Positions 56,790 through 64,000 of a DNA stretch of 64,000 nucleotides are shown piece after piece (position 1 is the first letter of the stretch; each line of letters opens with the position of its first letter). The stretch spans positions 353,772,001 through 353,836,000 of the forward strand of contig OZ024742.1 of the NCBI GenBank assembly GCA_964016885.1. The letters run 5' to 3'. The notes beneath the pieces are model-generated. The model made no database searches. It was given only the letters and a program-made list of their open reading frames with translations, and was not told where the DNA came from. The stretch is from Eledone cirrhosa (Eukaryota). Position numbers and translations under genes: made by a program.

Positions 56790-58054
56790 TTGCCAGATAA
56801 ATGGTAGAGTGAGAAGGCTGGTGAGATACAAGCTGCATCAGATTCCAACAACACAAACTATCTTATGGACTATCTTCTCTGGTGACAACGTGTCGCAGCA
56901 GGGATCACAAGGAACTCCTTCGTGACTTACAGGGAATTCTGCGAAAGTGGCGAGAGTACTTTGATGAACGTTTGAATCAACTGTATGTAGTCAATTATGA
57001 TTTCCTGTAACTAATCATTGAAAAATCTGTGAATGTAGCTCTCGCAGTAACAACGACTTTAAATGAATTTCCAGTAGATATCTCGAAGCTGAAAGATGGA
57101 ACGTCGCCCCGTGTGGATGACATGCATTCAGAACTCTTACAATATGGTTATGAGAAACTTCTGCGAAATCTTCACTCTTGGAATGTCAAGATATGGGCTA
57201 GCGAATCCGTACCTGAGGTCTGGAGAGATGCAGTCATGGCTTGTAACAGGAAAATGGTAACAAGGATTAACATATAGGGGTATTTCATTACTTTCTTTCG
57301 TAGGATAAATTGCATGTAGCGTGCCTCTGGATCTTCTACTGACACAGATTGAAGATTGTGTTCTTCTTGAATATCAATCCGTTTTTGTGCTAGACGTAGC
57401 GCTACTGAAATGATCATATCAGCTAGATAGCTTCAGGAGAACTGCGAGAAACAGTGTTTTGATATGTATCTGGTTTTTGTCGATCTCACAAATGCATTTG
57501 CTGCTATTAACAGGAATGCAATGTGGAAGGTTCTCCAGAATCGTTGTTGCCGTGATAAGTTACTTGCTGTAGTTAGGTCTTTCCATGATGACATGAAGAC
57601 TTGGTTTAATGTCAGTGGTAATATGTTGTAGTGAAAAATGGAATTGAACAGGGGGATATTCCAGCACGGACACCGTTTATCATATACTTTGTGACGGTTT
57701 TCTATATCGCAATGAGGAGTTGCAGGCATGATGTTTACATCTACTAACGAACACCTGACAGCATATCTAGCATCAGGTGTTTGCTGCAAAAACAAACATA
57801 ATTACCTCTATCATAATAGGCCTTTGGTATGATGATGATTAAGCCCTTGTACTACACACATAGATTGACATGCAACACCTTTTGAACGCATTTTCTGATG
57901 CTTGCACTTCCGAGCATTGTATGTCAGTCTCAAGAAAACCTGCCCCTGGTAAGCAGTACAATGAACCAAATATCTATGTGTATCGTAATGGTATTGCAGT
58001 GATTAATCAGTTTGTCTACCTGGAAAGCACACTCATCGAGCTGAAGATCCGCAT

Positions 58055-58055
<1 letters not shown>
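56790..58055 (+). mobile_element. Old RTE-clade LINE RT fragment
   Basis: KLKDGTSPRVDDMHSELLQYG..IWASESVPEVWRDA; QENCEKQ..YLVFVDLTNAF..NRNAMWKVL; MQHLLNAFSDAC; FVYLESTL. Many stops. Confidence 0.8.
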
Positions 58056-58095
<40 letters not shown>

Positions 58096-58099
<4 letters not shown>

Positions 58100-58769
58100 G
58101 TTTACATATATATATATATATTAAAAGTCATAGATATATATGTGTTTTGCAACAGGTCACGTTGTGGCTCAATGAAAAATTAATAAATTAAACAATCAGA
58201 GCTATATATCATACAATATGTCTTTAGAATCACTAGATATAATATATAACATTTCCTCTCCCAATTAGCATAATTAACCATATACAAATTCAATTAGACA
58301 AAGCTATAATAATAAAGGCTTCTATGAAGAAATCACTGACAAATAACCGAAAGCAGCTCCTTTGCGGCGGCAACGATAGATTATTTATCTAACATTTCGA
58401 CATCATGTAAATTGACCAGATATGCATTCAACCAAACACAATTAGGTGTAGAAATTGAACTTAGAAGAATTGTGTACATACCAACTTATCTCTACCATGA
58501 TTTCATCCGTATTTTAAGATTTCCGATAACGGAATGTTTAGAGTTTCAGTATCATCAGGAGCGAACTCAAAGTTAGACATTTAATTTTCCAAAGTGATCG
58601 CGCCAAAAATACATTCAAAAATGGCTAAGAATCGTGACGTGGCAGCGGTCAAGTTAGAAAGGATGTGATTAGTTGCTTACAGCGGGTAGGCTTAATGCTA
58701 GAAAGCGCAGCCTAATACCGCCAATTTGTATCTCAACCTAACGCGAGATTATTACATATAAAGGTTTAC

Positions 58770-58819
<50 letters not shown>

Positions 58820-58949
58820 CGTCATAGATATATATGTGTTTTACAACAGATCACATTGTGGCTCAATCAATTGATTTTTTATATGGTTAATTATGCTAAT
58901 TGGGAGAGGAAATGGTATATATTATATCTAGTGATTCTAAAGACATATT

Positions 58950-58950
<1 letters not shown>
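58096..58950 (-). mobile_element. Diverged relative of the 676-bp unit: 664-bp terminal redundancy plus inverted arm, decayed HHR at 58490-58561
   Basis: AAAGGTTTACATATA at 58096 and 58760; 58868-58949 is inverted to about 58214-58295. Motif CTC-CTGATGA...GAAA-tcatgg-TA-GAG. Confidence 0.8.
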
Positions 58951-58994
<44 letters not shown>

Positions 58995-58995
58995 T

Positions 58996-59028
<33 letters not shown>

Positions 59029-59030
59029 AT

Positions 59031-59327
59031 TTTTGCTTCTCATTGAATGAATAAATATTCCCTTCCATCAGTACAGTTAGCGCATTATTTGAAGTCCTTC
59101 CTAATCATACACGTTTATATTTATACACACATACACAGTCAGACACACACACACACGCACACATACACACATGTGTGTGTGTGTGTATGTGTGTGTGTGT
59201 GTGAGTGTGTGTGTGTATGTGTGTGTGTGTGTATAAACTTCAACGTGTATGATTAGGAACGACTTCAAATAATGCGCTACATGTACTGATCGAAAGGAAA
59301 TATGTATTTATTCGGTGTGAAGCAAAA
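59031..59327. repeat. Palindrome centred on (CA)n/(TG)n
   Basis: TAGCGCATTATTTGAAGTC.TTCCTAATCATACACGTT / AACGTGTATGATTAGGAA.GACTTCAAATAATGCGCTA; centre ACACATGTGT near 59171. Confidence 0.9.
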
Positions 59328-60389
59328 CTACCCTCACCACAGTAATATTCACTTAAGTATGTATTCTGTCAATGAGATAAAATAATCAAGGTTGATTAGA
59401 TATTAGATGAATTGTTCGTTGAACATAAAGGCTGATATATTGCCAGTCTTTTTAGTGACATTGGTTGTATATTTTCATTTTGTTGCATTGGTCGAATGAA
59501 TGCTTACTTTTTCATCTGGTATTCTATGGGAAATATGCTGGTCTATTTTGAATGTAGATATAGATTTTCAATCTCTTCCGCTCAAAATCACTAATAGATC
59601 ATTAACTGTGAAGTGCACAGCGGGGGTATTGACTTATCTGCATATGTATCACATAGATCATAAGCAAATCATTTAATTCCTAGCAGTTTCGAAGGAGACG
59701 GAACATCATTGGACTGTTTTCTTAGTACAAAACACAATCACCGAATTAACAAACCTAATTCATGCCAGAATTGTAGTGCAGAATAAATATGAATCATTTC
59801 ACACCCAGCTATAGCTTTTCATTTCTACTACACACTATAGATACACCCGGGTATTTGTGGCTTTTAAATAAAATGAAATATACTGTATAGTATTGCAAAG
59901 AAACGAGTGAGGACAGTAACTTAATTGAACATATTCTGTATCCCATATAAATCTTCACAAACAGTGTTTGTTGAACTAGAGTTCGCAAGTTATTGAAATC
60001 ATCTGTCATGTTCGTTATCAGTAATTATATATCGCCTCATAATGAAGATTTGATATGCAACTCGTCTCATAACGGTAACATTTAACGCTAAAACAAAGAT
60101 TGAAATATAGAATATTGAATATTAAATATTTATTTCTCGAAACGTATGCTAGCACCTTCATTATTTGAGTTTCTGTTATATCTCCGAGAATATAACTCAA
60201 CGCCAAAGATAATAATATTATCTTTCTGTAAGGGGTAAGGATCGACAGATCTGGCCGTATGGGAAAGTAGAGGAAAGGACTATGAAAGCCATAAAGTATA
60301 TGAAATGGGTGGAAAAGCAAAGACTCTAGAACCGCACAAGAAAAGAAAATGAAACCGGCGGAGGGTTGATAGGCTCTGGAGCTACGGCA

Positions 60390-60560
60390 CTACTGGTTTA
60401 GACATGCACCCCACGGACAAGACCGCAAAATATTTCCGTGAGCAATGGCCAGCGAAGCCCGCTGCATCAGCCATCCAACCCCGCAGGGCTCCTCCCTTAG
60501 TTTGGATCTTGCGGAGTAGCTCGGCAGTACATGGTTTGAGTACGGCATCACGTACATTAT
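60390..60560 (-). mobile_element. 3' end of a CRE-like (restriction-like endonuclease) non-LTR retrotransposon
   Basis: WLMQRASLAIAHGN resembles the C-terminal L.QR.S.A..RGN motif of RLE-bearing elements. Short, so tentative. Confidence 0.5.
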
Positions 60561-60764
60561 GTTACTAGTATACATTGTAACAGTTGACATTATATAATTG
60601 CTTACTTTTGGCTATATGTGTGTTTTCTTGATACATATTTAACGAAAGAAAACACATGTACCATTGCAATGAAGAAATATTACAGCACCGATCGTAGAAT
60701 ATTAATGTTGTAATTTGAAACAGAACACTAAAATGATATCGATATACAATAGGTACAAGTCCAT

Positions 60765-60945
60765 CGATTTGGGATTAGGTGAAACTCGATTAAAACGACT
60801 CCAGTGTGTTACTATTACTTTTTTTTATCGACCACGTAATGATCAAAGTCCAAGTTAACCTTGGTATGATTGTAAATCATAAGTTAAACGGATACGAGGC
60901 AGAGAGTCCGACGAAGTCCGATACTCCCAATACACCGACCTTATA
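60765..60945 (-). mobile_element. Decayed SINE
   Basis: Minus strand GGTCGATAAAAAAAAGTA body motif. Confidence 0.5.
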
Positions 60946-61276
60946 TATGTATCATTACTAATAACTTTTATGGAGGAATTATGGAGATGTTTTATGGAGT
61001 AAATGAAATTGGTGTGGAATGAGCTAGGTAAATAGAAGCCATTGAAATATTTATAGAGATAATACAATATTTATAAATACAACTAATCCCTAGATTAATT
61101 GTCGTTTATCAGATTACATAATAACAAAACAATATAGCTGTGATTGTTTATCAATAATATATTGCTTGCAATAAGAAACAATCACATAGTAGCTGATAAA
61201 CATATACTCACCTAATAATAGTTTTAAAACATAAATAATTAAATTGTTTATAGTATAGTTTTTATTTATCTACGCA

Positions 61277-61350
61277 GTCTTCTTCTTCTTCTTCTTCTTC
61301 TTCTTCTTCTTCTTCTTCTTCTTCTTCTTCTTCTCCTTCTTCTTCTTCTT

Positions 61351-61441
<91 letters not shown>

Positions 61442-61578
61442 TTCGTCTTCGTCTTCTTCTTCTTCTTCTTCTTTTTCTTATTCCTCTTCTTCTTCTTCTT
61501 CTTTTTCTTCTTCTTCTTCTTCTTCTTCTTCTTCTTCTTCTTCTTCTTCTTCTTCTTCTTCTTCTTCTTCTTCTTCTT

Positions 61579-61608
<30 letters not shown>
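61277..61608. repeat. Compound microsatellite (CTT)n(ATT)n(CTT)n
   Basis: Read directly from the sequence. Confidence 0.97.
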
Positions 61609-61609
<1 letters not shown>

Positions 61610-63609
61610 AGTCTTCATCATGTCGTTTCTTGTGTTGTTCTGCCAGAATCAGATATGTTGTCTATTTCATTAAGATCAGGTAATCTTCTCAAGATATAAA
61701 ATTGATATTTCGACAATGATATCTAAGAATTTCGAAGATAATGTGTGTGAAGTTGTGCTTCTATCCAAGATTTACATATGTATGTGTGTATATCTGAATG
61801 TATGCGTTACTTGTTCAGGATCTGTTACAGGTTCGTGTGGCTGGCCGTAGCCTAAGAGTGCGCCATTGTTTGTAATAAGACGAGCGATTGCAATACTCTT
61901 AGCAGGGTTGGCAGAAGTCATGTATGTTCGTATGTTTGTACTTTTGGTTTCATAAGTTTACAATTTGTTACTAACAGTGAGAGAGAGAGATATATATATA
62001 TATATATATATATAGATAGATAGAGAGAGCGAGAGAGAAAAAGAGAGAGAGTTAGTTTCTAACATAGACAATATACACTTTCTTAGAAATTTAGACATCA
62101 GCTTGTGTTCAGGCAACGATGGGTATTTTTGTGTGTGACCGTGTTCGGGTGTGTATCGGTGTGTGTTTGAATCTCCATGCTGGTGTTAGTTTGTAAACTT
62201 GTGTGTGTAAGTTTTGTGTATGGTTTGGCGCATATAGTGTTAATGCATTGTAGGAAATATTGAACTCGATGAGAGAGGGAGTAGTTGGACGTGGGCTGGA
62301 AGGATAGTTGTGTAATTGACAGGAAGATCGTGTGAGTGATCCTTGAAGGTGTTTTAATAGCGAAAGATAACATAAATCTTAACCAAAATGTTTGAGATAA
62401 TTTGATGTGCTCTGGTCATTCTAGCGATATTTCGATACTGTTAACTTTCGCGTCGAGTGCAAGAAATGGGTCAAAGTAATTATCATTTCGTGACATTCCT
62501 TGTCTTTGACATCATTCTCGTTATCTTGTTTAATTATAATGGAAATTAATACCCTCATCATAATCAACATTATTAACCACTCGTTAATCTTGATATCATT
62601 ATCATAATCATTACCATGTTGATGATGGAATATTGGTCATCAAACGCAGCAAGTCGGCATCATTGACGTTCCCAACATTACAGACTAATGATTTATCAAC
62701 ACCCCCCGCTTTAATTAATACCAACCGAAGCTGACATCTTGAGACACTCTACTATCTTATGATGACTGTCATGAATATCGTCGTCATTGTCATCATCATC
62801 AACAACATCATCATCATTTGTCAGCATCAACATCAGAACACATCACCATTATCACCACCACCACCTACATCATCATCATCAATATCATCAATATAATCCA
62901 AAGATATGAAATATATTGAGGCAATATATTATTCAGTATGAACAGAAACAAAAGCAAGCGAGGATTCTCCGTCCCTCCCAATGATAAAAATTATTTTCGT
63001 CACCAATTAAAATATACCCATCAGAAGATTAACGTATAACAAGTTTTATATTCTACAGTGGCCTGCACTTACTTCCGTGTTCAAATTTTATAAGCTGAGC
63101 CAATACTAGTGACGTTATACCTTCCTTTAAAGTGGCTATACATAAATACTAGAATTGAAAGAAAAATGGCAGATAAATGAATCCTGGTAAGGAACTGAAT
63201 GTTAAGCAGATTTTATCTCGGTGATATTTGAACATATATATAATTCACAGAACGCCGGCAAAATATGCCATGATTCAATCTAGCCAACTCCTACATAAGC
63301 ACCACCTCAAGGTTTGACTATTAGTGATCAATTGATAACAACTCAATATTGCGTGTTAATACATAGCCAATCTGCGTTTCTCTATGTCATATTACATATA
63401 CGTTATATCAGTGACAGAATATCTGTATGATATAGTTAAGCCGTTACAATCGTCTGATTTCAAAATGTTATCGATTTAAATCTTCCGGAAATGCGGATTA
63501 TAAACCCAGAATTTTGACATTATTAGTAAATATCAACGGTGGATCGACTTTCGTCAAATCGGACCGAGGAAACGATGTTTCCATGGGTCTTTCCAGTTGT
63601 TAATATTAT

Positions 63610-63732
63610 ATATCGGTCGCCACTCCAGGTAGAAGGAGCAACGTGAAATAAAGTATCTTGCTCAAGGAGATAACGCATCACCCGGTCCGGAAATCGAAAT
63701 CACAACCTCACGATTGCGAATCCAATGCTCTT
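63610..63732 (-). mobile_element. tRNA-derived SINE 5' part, second family
   Basis: GTGCGTGGCTGATTGGTAAGAGCATTGGATTCGCAATC..GATTTCGATTTCC head, then CCTTGAGCAAG..ACTTTATTTCACGTTGCTCC. Confidence 0.65.
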
Positions 63733-64000
63733 ACCAATCAGCCACGCACCTTCACTTTAGTAAATATAACCGAAGTAAAAACATATTAGTGACCCTACTA
63801 CATGTGGTAACATAACATAGTTAGATTCTGTATCGAACATCAATGGAAATACATTGATTCTTTTAGACTGACCTCATCGAAAGACAAGTAAATAAGTTAA
63901 CACCGTTCTCAAAATATTTAACAATTGAATAATGATAATGAAGTAATTTAATGCAAGAAATATTTTGAATGTTATCACTGGTTTGTTCAATATCTGGCTT

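Noticed and set aside
62098-62373. 91-aa ORF with strand-biased composition
   Set aside because: No recognisable motif; possibly an old LINE remnant but not supportable.

Overview
AT-rich eukaryotic intergenic or intronic DNA with no supportable host protein-coding gene. The SINE families and dense (TA)n microsatellites point to a cephalopod, probably Octopus (inference). Most ORFs in the track are microsatellite artefacts (IY/TH/SL runs). The real content is a retroelement graveyard: (i) several Penelope-like element (PLE) families, including one near full-length decayed copy (5478-9848, minus strand; RT + GIY-YIG; inverted pseudo-LTR; Asn-rich insert), with many truncated ends embedded in (TA)n; (ii) more than a dozen type I hammerhead ribozyme (HHR) motifs, several with intact cores (15416, 29162, 29652, 41749, 54340); (iii) at least five unrelated non-coding families of 490-680-bp units that are terminally redundant (more than one unit long), usually followed by an inverted arm and often carrying an HHR, i.e. 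retrozyme-like; (iv) about 15 fold-back inverted repeats, several with breakpoints on ribozyme motifs; (v) a non-autonomous LTR element, a Helitron with an internal minisatellite, a Tx1/L1-like LINE sitting in (ATT)n, RTE and CRE-like LINE fragments, and tRNA-derived SINEs. The most interesting candidate system is the PLE / hammerhead / circular-RNA-like unit network targeted to (TA)n. All calls were made by eye; no searches or folding programs were run.
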